This document shows positions 11,301 through 23,661 of a stretch of 51,436 nucleotides of DNA, in pieces. A model generated the notes under the pieces. The model ran no database searches, was not told the origin of the DNA, and saw only the letters and a list, made by a program, of their open reading frames with translations. The stretch's first letter is position 1, and the number at the start of each line of letters is the position of its first letter. The DNA lies in assembly GCA_018398765.1 (NCBI GenBank), contig JAHBMJ010000368.1, positions 1 through 51,436 of the forward strand, read 5' to 3'. Both the position numbers and the translations under genes were made by a program. The DNA is from Chromera velia. Its lineage: Eukaryota.

Positions 11301-14300
11301 TTCCTTCCATGAATAGACAGACGGATGTACATTCTCATGGAGGAATTGAAAGAGGACGGACTTTCATCTGCAACTGTGTCGGGATTTTCTTCTGTTTCTT
11401 GCGGATATGCACACGCGAGGAAAGCCATCAGTAACGAGATCCTCCTGAAGTGGGCCGCCGGAGCACAAAAGAAAGAAAGACCTGTGCCGTACGAGTAGAG
11501 AGGTGCCGGACGACTGCATGTACTTCGGAGTCAAGATCCTCCCTCTTCTTTCAACCGCCCTTCCTCCACGTCCACCCTCAGAGAAGAAACACGAACAACC
11601 AAACGAACAAGCAGACAGCCAGAAAGAAAGAAAGAGGGACGGACCAACCAACCTTCATGAGAGAGTTGAGGAGGCGGGATCTCTGTGGTCCTGCAGGTGC
11701 GAGCACGCAGCATGTCGCGGCATCACAGAGGAGTTGGAAGAGGTCCTGGGTGTCGATTTCCATGCCGAAGGGGTTCAAAGACAGCTCGAAGTACCTGATC
11801 GAAGCAACCACGGAGGGAGGAGGCAAGTAACGAAGGTCGGGGAAAGGAAGGGAATGGACAGACGGACATGCAACCACATAATTTGCATGAACCCTGACGA
11901 CACCCATGCCGTAGTTTTTTGGGTGACTTGATATCTGTTGTTCGCTTCCTATCCAAATAAGAAGGCACCTCTCCAGGGCTAGAGAGAGAGAAAGAGAGTA
12001 CAGGAGCAAATCGAAGGCTTCAAGACCACACACAGTCAGGACAGAAGCAGAGGGCCCGTGAAACCAGGGGAATCAATGTAATGAGTGTATCGTCAGGAGA
12101 TGGGGGGAAAAACAACCACCAACGAAGGGAGGAAGAGGGGCACGCGAATTGAAGGGAGGGAAAGAGGACTGCCAACTCTGAGTTCATTCATCTATCCAGT
12201 GATCGAAATCGCAAACTTGGCCTTCCCTTCCCTTCTGCCCACACACTGACTCACTTGTTTGCAGCCAAAAGAAATTGTCGCTTGCTGTCCAGAATGCGCG
12301 CATACGTTACCTGACAGCATCACGGACACAAGTAAAGGAGGGGGGGGGAACGATGGGAACAATGCCAAAACGACCACGGGCCTAACTCGAAAGCATCTGA
12401 ACACTCATCTCTTCTGTTTGACAGACGAAGGCGGATTACCCTGCCTCCCTTTCTCAGCCCGTTCTCTTTTCTCCCTTTCATCCTTTTCTCTCTCCGTTTG
12501 GAGGCTTCTCGATTTCCCCGTCTGCACTTCTCGCCGATACTTCACAGACTGCCATACAGACTGACTGACCCTGTATCTGAGTTCGATCACTTTGTTCTCA
12601 ACCTCATGGACGATCATCCCCGCCTTGTTGCAATATGCCTCTGAAAGGAAGGAACAAGCAACGAAGGAGAGATCGAGGCAGAAGAAAACAATAGGGAGGG
12701 ACAACCATCCGCAGCAGCATACGAGGGCATGAGGGAACTTCGAGAAGGGCGTGGCGAATCAAAGCGAATAGACAGATGGGGTCAAAAATGTGGAAGCAAC
12801 TTAGTAAGAGTAGAAGCCCACCTACATTTCATTTCCGTGTTTCCAGTCACTCATTGCCTTTTTCCCTTTACCTCTGCAGCTGGACACTGTCTTGCGGTAT
12901 AACTCTTCTCCCCCCCCTCCTCTTTCCCGAGCCCTCACCGAGTACACCACTGACCAGCTGAAACAGAGTCGTCTTCCTCCAAGAAGCATTCTGCACACGT
13001 GTACACAAGCACCGACGAGCACGAACACGTGTGTGGACGTGGGCAAAGCATGCAAGCAGACGCTCCCACATGCTCGCTTAGCGAGAAGCACTTGGTTCAC
13101 AAGGAGAGAGTCTTCAACAGGGGAAAGCAGAATCAGACTATCCTTTTTTGTCCTTTAGCTTCCACCTCCTCTGCTCTCCACCAAGCGACGCCCCCCACCG
13201 CTCATTGGTGGCCATTTCCTCCTTTTGCCCCACTTCTCCCTTCGGTTCCCCATCCTGCCCCTCCCTTCACAGGGCCCCTCCCCTCAGATGAAAGAAAAAA
13301 AACCGACCGGCAATAGTGATCAGTTTGTCACACCTGTCGTCCACTGTCTTCGCTCTGCAGCAAAAACAGAGGCGGAGAGAGTGCCATCTTTCTTCATTCG
13401 GGCTGCAGCATCGCTTTCCCCTCCCCCCCTTGAATCAGCATTCAAGAACTTCTCCAAGTTTGAAGGTCAAAGCCACCTCTTGCCTGCATGCCAAAGAAAA
13501 GAAGCAGATTGGCACCCTCGAAGGTATCTTCCCCGCCGTCCGCTCACCTTTCAATGTTGATTGCCGAGAGGCACTTCGCAGCTTCAATGAATCTCTGCAG
13601 GGAAAAGGGAAAGCGACAGAGAAAGGCGAAGTTTCTTGGTGCAACGCAGAGAGATGGGAGAGAAAAATGGACACTGAGCGACCGTCTACACAACCGGACA
13701 TGCAGTCAAGGAAAGAATCGAAACAGTCGACATCAGATCCAAAAACACGCACAAACGATCCAGCCAGCAGTCCATCGGTTCCCTTCTCTCCACTTCCCAC
13801 GCAAAAGGAAACAAAGAAAGGGAACAAACAAACAGCCACACCGACCCCCTCTTCCCTGAGGATATCTGAGTACTTCTCTCTGAACATCATGTCCTCCTCT
13901 TCGTATGACGCCACACGACTCCTCAGTCTCGTCATTGCAAACTCTGCAACTGCCTTCAAAGCCTCTGCAGGCAGCTGGTCGAGCTTGGAGGCAATCTCGT
14001 GGATCACCTGCCGGGCGAAGAGGGTGTACTTCGAGTCCTCAGACAGCACTGCACTCATTCACAGAGGAAACACTTGAGTTCAATTTCAAGCGGTTGTTCA
14101 GTTCGCGATGACGGGTCTCTCTCCCTTCACTGTGTTACATTCACTCCTCGGTGCCTTTCTGCGACCACCTAAATTTCGTTTCGCGGAGTCTCGGTGGAGT
14201 TTGTGCATCAGATGTTCTGCCAGTGTGTGGGATAGAGAGGTGAGAGGAGAAGGACAAGCCTGAGCTCCCGCCTGGGCGTGGGCAAGGCAACAAGGAAGAA

Positions 14301-14754
14301 GGCAGAGAGAGACAACAGAGACACTGATCCGCTGAAGTGGAACCAAAGGATGTGAAGGGATGGAAGAAACCAGACCTTTAGACAAAGTCGCTCGGGGGAA
14401 AACAGCAAAAGAGGGGGGGAAACATGGAAGGGAGAAGTGAGCAGAGAAGGAGGGGAGGAGAACGAAGATAGATGCGAATGAATAGAAGAGGAGCACGACA
14501 AAGAGAGAAGACGAGGAGACGGAGAATAGATCTTCTTGTTCGGAAAGACCGAAAGCAGGAGGAAAGAGGGGGATCGGACCCAATTCTGTACTTGCACAGT
14601 CTTTCAACACTTACTGACTGAGATCGACAAGTGTCTGGAGGCTCTGGACGTCCTTTGCCTCAATGTACTTGAGAGGGAGGGCAACCATCTCCCTCATTCT
14701 CTGGTTCTGGTCCCCCCGGGCACTGATGGCATCGAGGGCTTGCTGCACCGACAT
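8353..14754 (-). CDS. CSN4: COP9 signalosome complex subunit 4 (PCI domain), 14 exons, ~394 aa
   Basis: Hand-spliced GT-AG exons: 14754-14619, 14048-13846, 13594-13548, 13354-13308, 12990-12955, 12640-12570, 12310-12255, 11794-11653, 11226-11133, 10778-10704, 10032-9953, 9512-9471, 8778-8730, 8459-8353 (1185 nt, in frame). CSN4 motifs: RVASYEEE, IAECFLEEDDSVSAEAY, YARILDSKRQF, LAPAGPQRSRLL, KMYLQRI, LERAVLQHNVLAASRVYKNM, AEKIATKMI, GSVDQ..IIHF, WDCQIQRVC. Confidence 0.95.
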
Positions 14755-15599
14755 CTTCTCTTCTCTGCTGTCTTTCTTGCTACTTGGTGATCCTGCTCGC
14801 CCGCAGAAATGGAAACACAGGCAGGACCTCCGCACTTCCGCTTGGCGACTTGACAGTGCGGCACTAGTAAAAATGCAGTTGTGCCTTTTCGCCTGCAGCA
14901 GGTCTCAAAGTTTCGGCAAACAAATTCTTGCGCGGTGATGATGTGGCCACTTACGTCAAAATCAATTTCTGTGGAGTTCTCAGACGGATCCCGCGGGGTT
15001 TTGTGGCAAGGATTTTGTGAACCTCCTCAGTCTGCCTATAGCTTGACTTTGCTTCCAGTGAGGTTGGTTCGATTCGACGCGAGAGATCAGCAACGGACTT
15101 TCAAAACGCAAGCGTGGTGGGCACAGCTACATCAGAAATGAAGGAGGCCAAGTCCACACATTGAATGACAGTCTCTAAAATCCTCCAGAGTCCCGTATAT
15201 ATAGTACCAGTCAGGTCATGTCAGGTCGAGGGTGAAAATTGTGTCAACGTCTCCTAGCTGCCAAAAGTATCGGCCCGCAGGTCCGGCCAAGTTTGTGGGG
15301 CCGCGGTTGCCGCGCGGCCGCGCCCGAAATGAAAATTTCCGGGGTCTTCAAGTTTGCATGCACGCTGCCGTCTCCAAATGTCTCCTGGCAATCGTCTCCC
15401 TTGCAATACATACTCCACGATTCCTTAACAGGTTTCTGGCCCGCTGCTGTGTGCAATCGTAAGGTGTGCTGGAAAAGAGCGGGCCACGGTTCATGTGCAA
15501 GTCAGAATCCCCGCAGCTGCGCAAGGAGAACCCAACTCGCCAATCATCCCAAGGTATATATCCCAGTGACATTGCCGTCTCTTCCCCCGCCCCTTTCCC
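14755..15599. promoter_or_regulatory. Shared upstream region of the divergent CSN4 and peptidase S58 genes (possible bidirectional promoter)
   Basis: The two ATGs are ~845 bp apart on opposite strands. A TATATATA at ~15197 and a GC-rich patch at ~15270-15330 lie between them. Confidence 0.45.
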
Positions 15600-17317
15600 A
15601 TGGCTTCGTTCTCGTGGCTCGCGCCCAGTGTATGCATTGGCCACACCACATTAAAGGAAGAACAGACAGGAGGGACCGTTTTTCTATTCCAAAAACCTCT
15701 GGCAGGGGCAGCACACCTATGTGGTTGCGCTCCGGCAACTCGGGAGTTTGCAGCACTTCAACCAGGTGAGTGGGTTGGCACCTTGAGACTGCCCCTGAAG
15801 TATCCCATACACATTGCGTCCTACAGAGCAGGGTTTTTTTTGGAACAGAGTTTTTGGAAAATGTGTGCGTGAGCACATTCGTTGGTGGGTGAAATTTGCG
15901 TGCAGGGTGTTCGGTCGAGAAGGTTCACGGTCTCTACCTGGGAGGAGGGAGTGCGTTCGGAATTGACAGGTGCGGTGCCAGGGTGAAGAAGGGTGTGCGA
16001 CTGCACGACGAAGGGGCCGTGTGAGTAGAACCAGATTTTGAAGGACTTCTCTTCCCGTCGACTTTTTTGGCGGCGGACTCCCGATCCGCCTGTCGTCTGG
16101 CGTCCTTGCGATTTTTTTTCCTTCCAGTACTGTCTGCTTCCTTACGTGCAGCTGCGCGGGGGCCATCCGGTGGCTGCGAGAAAAGGGCGTGGGAGTCAAA
16201 ACACGTCAGTCGGAGAGCCTTCCTTCTCGCCTGCATGTCTTCGATAGATTGATCTCTCGTCGTTTTTCCCTCGCATGAAATGGAGGTTTGTTTCTTTGTC
16301 GCTTGATTCCTTAACACTCTCCAATTCTTTCAATTCTTCATTTCTGGCTTTCAGCCTGCCTCCGAACACTGTCATTCTATTTTTTTTCCTTTCCTCTTCT
16401 CCTCCTCTCCTCGCTTTCTTCTCTTTGGCCCGTTTCTCGTCCTTCTTGTTCCCCAGCGCACTACTCTCTCGATCAATCCTTCTTCTGCCGCCCCCTCTCT
16501 TCTCCTCTCATATTTTTGTATCATCTGATCTCCCCTCCTTTTGAAACCCATACGTAGCCACCTCTGCCTGCCTGCCTGCCTGTGCTGGCTGGCTGGCTGC
16601 TGCAGACGCAGGCCCCGTCCCTGTGGTCCCTGGAGCTTGCATCTTCGACCTCCCTCACGGAAAGCCTGTGCCTCCATCTCAAGAGAATGTGTACGAGGCG
16701 GTGGGTCACTTCGGTTCTGCATTCTTCTTTTGGCACTGCAGTCCCTTTCACTTCGGGTCTTCCAAACACGGAGAGAGAACGACGTGCCCTCCCGTGGTGT
16801 GGGGGGCTTTTGTCCTTTCTGCCCTATGCTGCAACCAGCAAGATTCTCGTCTTTGGCTCTTTCTTTGTCTCTCCCCCTTCTTGCTCCTGCCCCGCTCCAC
16901 CCTTTCCCCTGACCTTCCTTTTCCCATTCAATCCCTATGCTATGAATGTTGCAGTGCTGCAGCGCCGTCGAGATGCCCTCAGACGGGGGGCCCCGAGGGT
17001 CTGTGGGGGCAGGGACGGGGGCAGCGTGTGGGAAGTCGGGGCCTGCCGGTCGGTGTTGGGGGTTGGTGGGTTTTCACCTCCTTTGTTTCTTTGTCGGTCC
17101 GTCCGTCCGTCCTCCGAACTGTCTGTCAGTCTGTCTGTCAGTCTGTCGGGAGGTGGAGAGGCAAGGGGCGCTTAACTCTCACCTTTCGGGCCCCCTGCCC
17201 ACGCTGTTGGTTCTGTTCTTGTGGGTTTTTTCTTTCTTTCTTTTTGTCTGTTATGTACATGAAGAAAAGGAGGGAGAAGAAGAAACATACAGTCTGTCTG
17301 ATTGTCCCTCTGGCAAC

Positions 17318-17348
<31 letters not shown>

Positions 17349-19046
17349 AGGAAAGAAGGAAAGAAAGAAAGAAAATGACATGGGAAGTTGTCTCTCTGAC
17401 GAAGTTGCAGCGTGGACGAAAGAATGCTTTGGTCTCGACGCCACTTCACGAAAGCTTTGTGTGTGCTGCGAATGATTTGGTTGCTGGCTGCAGGGTTCAA
17501 AGTGGGGAAGGGCGGTCTTGGCGCTGCGACTGTTGACGGACCGGTGGGATTGAAAGTCAGGTGAGGTGAGGTGAGGTGAGGTGAGGAGGGTACCAGACCG
17601 TGAGAGGTAGAGAGGGAGACAGAATCAGCGTTGCTCTAGAGTGTTGGCTGTGAAGGAATTGTCGTTGGAGACGGAGGTGGTGATGTAGGGCCATGCAGAT
17701 GCAGGCGCCTTGAAAGAATTGTGTCAGGAAGAAGGAGGTTTCCATGAGGTTGACAGAGCGAGACGCAAAGCTAGAACTGAAGAAGTCCGCTGAAAAGGCA
17801 AATACTCTGTGCCTGTGTTTTCTATTCATTCTGTGCTACAGTAGCTTCATTTGCTTTGTGAATTCAGTCCTCCGATGACTTTCGGTCTTTCTGATTCTTA
17901 TGTAGGCCAGCGGTCTGTATATGCACGTGGGTACGCAAAGTGGTGAATGTCTGCTGTCCGCAGTGCGTTTGCCGTAGTGAATGCCTTTGGAGATATTGTC
18001 ACGAAAAGTAGCGAGATTCTCTGTGGGGGCACTGTAGAGAAAGAGGGGAAACGAGAGTTCTGCAACGTGCAAAAACAAGTTCTTGACGGTCAGCACCAGT
18101 GTGCACACTGGAATTATGGAGTGAGGAAGAAAGGGAGGGAGGGAGGGAGGGAGGGAGGGTTGACTCGATGGAAGGAATGGGGATGCCTTGCAAGTCACAG
18201 ACAGATCACCTTTTAGAGTTGAAAATAGTCAACTGAGCGCTGTGTAACCCGTACTGGAACATAGTCAGAAAGCGAGTGTCAAGGGGATTCTCCAATCCTC
18301 ACGATCAGACGATTGCAAGCTCATTCCCGCATGTACACAGATAGACACAGCGCCGCAACCGAATTGCACAGAGGAAGAGCAGTTGTAGTTCGATGTTGAT
18401 TCTGCCTGCATGTATAGACTTTCTTCTTGTTGCAGGCACTTCGGTTGCTTCAATTTCATTACCGAAAGAGGGAGAAGAGGGGGGAGGTCCGCAGAGAGAG
18501 AACACCACTCTGGTGACCGTCTTCACCAATGCGAGGTGGGTGGGCATGCAGAGTTTGTCTTCGTGTCTGCTTGAGTGATTCTTTGGCTGAGAACCTTCTG
18601 AGTATTTTCACGCTGTTTGTTGGGTGTTTGCTTGCAAGAGACGTCGTCTCGCCCAGACCGACTGGAAATTCCCTATTGGGGTGCTCAGATTCATCTTTTT
18701 ACTACACTGTCTCACGCGCTTTCCGTCTTGTCTGTTTCCTCTGTCTCTCTCTCCTCTGCGTAGAATGCGTGCTGTGCGAGTGTCGGAAATATGCTCCTAC
18801 GTCCTTGCCTACGTGTGTCCCTGCATCGGGATCTCCATTCGTACGTTCGGTTTAGTCTCTCGTTTGTTTTGTGCAGCATGGGGAGGGAGGGATTGCTGAA
18901 GGTCGGCAAAATGGCAGTCGCAGGTGTGTCGATGATTCTGCTCTTCGTGTCCATAACTTCCCATTGAAGTGTACGACCACCTCTCTTCAAGCACCTCGGA
19001 GGCGTGCCTTTTCTTTTTCTTTTTGACATTCCATACGGTTTCTGTT

Positions 19047-19087
<41 letters not shown>

Positions 19088-19099
19088 GTGTCTCTCTCT

Positions 19100-19130
<31 letters not shown>

Positions 19131-20392
19131 GGCCTTGATCGGCGACTCCGTTTGTTTGTTTCTTGTTTTCTTTCTTTTTTTCTATCTATTTTCTGCCCTC
19201 TCTTTTGGACTGTTGGCGTGTGAGAGAAGAGAGCTGAGAGGAGAGGTCGAGTGTGTGAAAGAGAAAACAAACACAGAGAGACACACAGACGGGCAGGCAG
19301 GCAGACACAGACAGACGCAACGAATTAAGAAAAACAGAGGGACGGCTGAGAGTGAAGGGAGGGAATTGAAGGCCCCCCCTCAACTTGATTCCAATCCAGT
19401 CGCTTCTCTTTCTTCTCAAGACACGCGTCGGTCATGTGTTTTTCTTCAATCATTTCTGCCAGCTTTCATAACCACCCTAGGGTTCCTTTTTCAGTCTCCT
19501 CCGTTTCCGTCCACTTCCTCTCGATCTACACGCAGGGTTGAGCAGGAGCATTTGTCCAGCACTGACGACTGTGGATGGGGACGTGATCTTCGTCTTCTCG
19601 ACAGGGGACCTCGCAGGAGCACAGGCAAGCCCGTGCTTGCCTGCATGCAGAGAGAATGAATACAGTGATGATCGAAGAAAAACAAAGCGTGAGTGAAGTT
19701 TCATGAGAACATCCGGCGTCCCCCCCTCTTCCTCTTTTAGTGCCGGTAGCTCGGTTCCCTGTTAGTTAACTTTATAGGAGAGCCCTTGTTGCCGCAGGGT
19801 GCGACAGATCCAGAGGGCGGCTCTTCACTGTGGATGGAGGATATATGGATGCATGTCAGCGGCTGTGTGGGTAGATCCGGTGGATGGATGGATGGATGGA
19901 TGGATGGGTGAAGGTGTTGGTGAATGAGTGAGTGGATGGAGCCATCCTGCAGGTTGGTTGGATATCTCCTTCGCGGGTCTTGCTTTGTTATATCGACACG
20001 GACAGACGGTGGCAAAGCGATAGCAAATTGCTGCGTCGAAAAACATACAAAAAACGAATGCAGGTCCCGTCGCCAGAGCTGACTGTCGGAGTGATGGCTG
20101 CGGAAGCAGTGGTGAGTTTTGAAAGATGCTGACTGTTTCTTGTTGTATTGTCGGAGTCCTACCGACGATTTTCCTCAGTTGTCCAGCCGCGTTTGACTTT
20201 CGGTAGCCTCCCATAGAGAGCAGAATCAGTTGCTACGGCAGACTTGTCTGAGGAACAAGGACTCTATGCATACACCTCCGGATCGCGCTCTTGTGCAAGT
20301 TTTCGATACCCGCCGGCCTAGCTGACGTTTCATTGTTTTGTTCTGCGCAGGCTGCTGCAGTGCGAGATGGTGTGATGCACAACGAAGGATAG
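15600..20392 (+). CDS. Peptidase family S58 / P1 (DmpA/NylC-like self-cleaving hydrolase), 12 exons, ~329 aa
   Basis: Exons: 15600-15765, 15906-15969, 16152-16204, 16606-16700, 16955-17048, 17494-17560, 17964-18088, 18436-18535, 18877-18923, 19536-19624, 20064-20111, 20351-20392 (990 nt, in frame). Family motifs: IGH..TGGTV, GCAPATRE, VHGLYLGGGSAFG, VPVVPGACIFDL, GSVGAGTGA, GKGGLG, AVVNAFGDI, ENTTLVTVFTNA, GLSRSICP..T.DGDVIF. Confidence 0.92.
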
Positions 20393-21590
20393 CGGCACCC
20401 AGGGATCTCAACTAATCTCAACAAAGTCCGACCTTATCCGATTGTGAAGGATAGATCGCTTCGAGCAATTAAGGAATGCGCTGGCGAATGGACCCTGCAT
20501 CATGAAAGTATGCAGGATCAGAGCTGAGTGTAAAGACTTGCTACAGATAATTCATCTCATATGGCTTAAACCATGTGGATCCTATACTGTTAATCTCTCT
20601 TAAACAATTCTTTAATTGAAGAGTACTGATTTGTGTATTTTGTAACATATTTGAATGCGTAAGCTCTCACCTATTCAGGCAGACGTGGTGAACTGTTTTT
20701 AAATCATCATTGATCTTCATGTATCTTCATTATATTACAGGAAGATTAAAGAAGATCTACTGGGATTGGTGGATTCTAGTAGTTACAACTCCTTCAACAA
20801 AGATGTTTTAATTTTTTGTTTGACATCTGGAATGAAAAGAATGACACTGAACAGAGTAGAACAGAGAGTATAATAGATCATAAAAAAAAATAAATCTTTT
20901 AATTAAAATTTAAAAAAGTTTTGAATATACTTTGAACTACATCTAGTAACATATAGGTTTTATTCTTTCCTTTAATTTCCTTTTAATTCGTAAACTGCAG
21001 ACTTCACTATCACTTCACAACGGAAACTTTGGAAGCCAAATTCAGAGCAAACAAGAAAAGTAAACGGTCGTGTCTCAACTATCGTGTATAAGTGCTGGGA
21101 AAGATTCGCCGCGACCAACATGCATGTGTCGAACTACATTGAACAACACATGCATTGACTTTTCTTTGCCACAAACGGCAAAATTTTGCGCACTTTTCGA
21201 AGTGCGCGCGTACGTGAGGCGCTTTTTCTTCTTTTTTGATCGATGCATGCATGCATGCAAATCGAAATAAATGTTTTCAGAATACAGACACTGATCGAGT
21301 TGAAACGATCGAACCAAAAGACACCACAAGCTTATCGGCCCGTTGGCATACATAGCCTCCTTTTGTTTCGCAAGTTTTCTCTCCAAGCAGGACAGATCCG
21401 TTGTGTGTGACAGCTGTTGAACTTGCCGGTCTCTTCGCTACAACAGATCTTTCTCTATCGAACTGCACTTTCAGCTTCAGCTGTTGTTTGATTGTCATAC
21501 AGAGTTCGTCGCCGCACAAGACGGAAACGCAGGGAGCCCTGACAGTCAGTTGTCGCTGCATCAAGTGATCAGTGGCTGTTCTGCGTCATC

Positions 21591-23661
21591 ATGGCCGCAA
21601 CAGGCACGCGAATGATTCCCCTCACGAGGCGGAAGCAGAGCAATGTAGATGAAACACTCTTCGGCAACACAAAGAAGCCCAGCAAGAACCCGAGCAACCA
21701 GGTTCAAGAGACCATCGTTGTTGGCAAGGACACGGTCCAAGTGAGAAAGTCTATGAATCCAAACAAGGCAAAGGACCCCCGGCAGGATGCCGTCATCATT
21801 CCCGCTTCCGAAATTGCCCGATTGACCCAGTCCTCCATCATTCTGACTCCAGAGCAAGAAGAAGCCATCCGACAAGAGAAGGAAAGAGAATTTCAGACAC
21901 GAATGCAGAAAGCCCTTGCCCGAAAAGAGAAAGTCCTAGCACTCGAAGAAGAGCGCAAGAAGCAGGCCAGCATGTCTTCCTATGAGTCCAAGGAAGACAT
22001 GGAGAAGAGCCAAGCCATCCAGGACAGAGCCAAGTCCGCGCTCGACGAAGAAATGGACGATGTCAAACACATGAACCAACTGATGCTGTACGCAAAAGTC
22101 GCCACCATCAGAGATGCGCAGGTCCAAGAACGAAAATATGTAGAGAGGGAGAAGGAGGAGGAGGAGTCACAGGTCGCATTGATGATGGAGATAGAGCGTC
22201 TGAAAGCTCTGAAGACATACGACGAGAGAGAGAGAAGGCGTTTGGAGGAGAGTAAGGAGGGGGCCCAGATTTTGGTTGAACAGATCAAGGACAGGGCTCT
22301 CACCCGTATGAAAGCTGAGGAGCAGAGAGACCTCGAGCGTGCGTACATTCTCAAACAGATTGAGGCTCTCAAGCAGGAGGAGCAGCAGGCCTACGCAGCA
22401 AAGCAGGCTGCAGCAAAGAAGTTGATGGAGGAAGTGAATGAAACCAACTCCACCGCCATCTTAATGAAGCAACAGAAGAAGCTAGCCGAGATTGCCTCTG
22501 ACCAAAAGATCCAAGAGTATCTGCGTGAGAAGGAGCGCAGAGAGAGGCAGAGAGATGAGGAAGTTCAGAGGTTGAAGGATGAAAAGGAGAAGGAGACAGC
22601 AAGACTGAGGGGACTGCAGAGCAAGGCAGCAGACAAACAAGCAGAGCTCGATGCTCTCCGAGCCAAGCGCGCGATTGCCCGTGCCGATCGTCTGGCCAGA
22701 CAGAAGGAGGCAGACGAGAAGGCGCGGTTGGAGAGAATGAATCAAGATCTGGAAGAGGCCAGAAAGCTCCAACAGGCAGAGAGGGAGAAGAGAATGGCCG
22801 ACCTAGCACAGCAAGACAAGGATGAATTTGAGAGGGTAGTGAAGGTCCAAGCCCTCCAAGAGAAGGCACAGAGGCTGAAGGACGAGGAAGACAAAGAGCA
22901 CCGCATCACCCACGCAGCTGCTCTCAGAGCCCAGATCGCCGCACGAGAGGAGGCATCCCTGCAGGAGAGGAGAGACTTCCTCGAGGAGGGCCACGTCGTC
23001 AGGGCAGCACAACAGGTTGGTCCGTTGGTTGGCTGGCTCATAGATCAATCAATCAGATGCTAATTGCCTGGCTGTTTTGTTTCTTCTTATTTGTTGACTC
23101 ACATCGACGCTTCTGTTCTTTTTTGGCTCACGAAGAATTGAGCTTGTGTTTTTTTTTGTCGTTTCCTCTTTTTTTCTCTCTGCTCTTCATGTTTGTCTTT
23201 TCTTTCTGTACATCTTCATGCACCTCTCCATTCTGTCGGCAAAAAGGGCATGCAAATGCCTGTAGTCTTTGTCTGCGTGTGCAAGCAGAACGCTCTCTTT
23301 TCCCTTTTTCCCGTCGTTGTGTCCATTACGCCGCCTCCTGTCTGTCGGCTTCTCTCTATGTCTACCTGTTGGTGTGTCTGTTTCTATGACGGTCTGTCTG
23401 TTTCTATGACGGTCTGTGTGTGCGTCTGAGTAAGTGACAGGCTGACAGAGTCCCAAAGAGCCTAAGTGAAGTGTTGACTCAGGGGGTCACGATCTTTCTG
23501 ATCGTCTGTCTCTCTCCCTGTTTCTGTCTCTCTCTTTGTGTTCACAGTCTGAGAAGAAAAAGCTGGAGGCCATCAAGGCCCAGAAGATCTTGGAGCTCCA
23601 GAAGGCGGGGGTCCCCGAGAAATATTGGGTCGATCTCGCAAAGAAGAAGATTGCGGTCTGA
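21591..23661 (+). CDS. CFAP45: Cilia- and flagella-associated protein 45 (CCDC19; TPH coiled coil), 2 exons, ~512 aa
   Basis: Exon 1 is 21591-23015 (CAG|GTTGG) and exon 2 is 23548-23661. Signature DEEMDDVKHMNQLMLYAKVATIRDAQV, MMEIERLKAL, QAELDALRAKRA, and C-terminal KAGVPEKY. Confidence 0.92.

Noticed and set aside
9289..14610. ORFs such as 9289..10116, 13316..14077 and 14098..14610
   Set aside because: They lie within or antisense to CSN4 introns and exons, and stay open because of purine/pyrimidine-rich low complexity.
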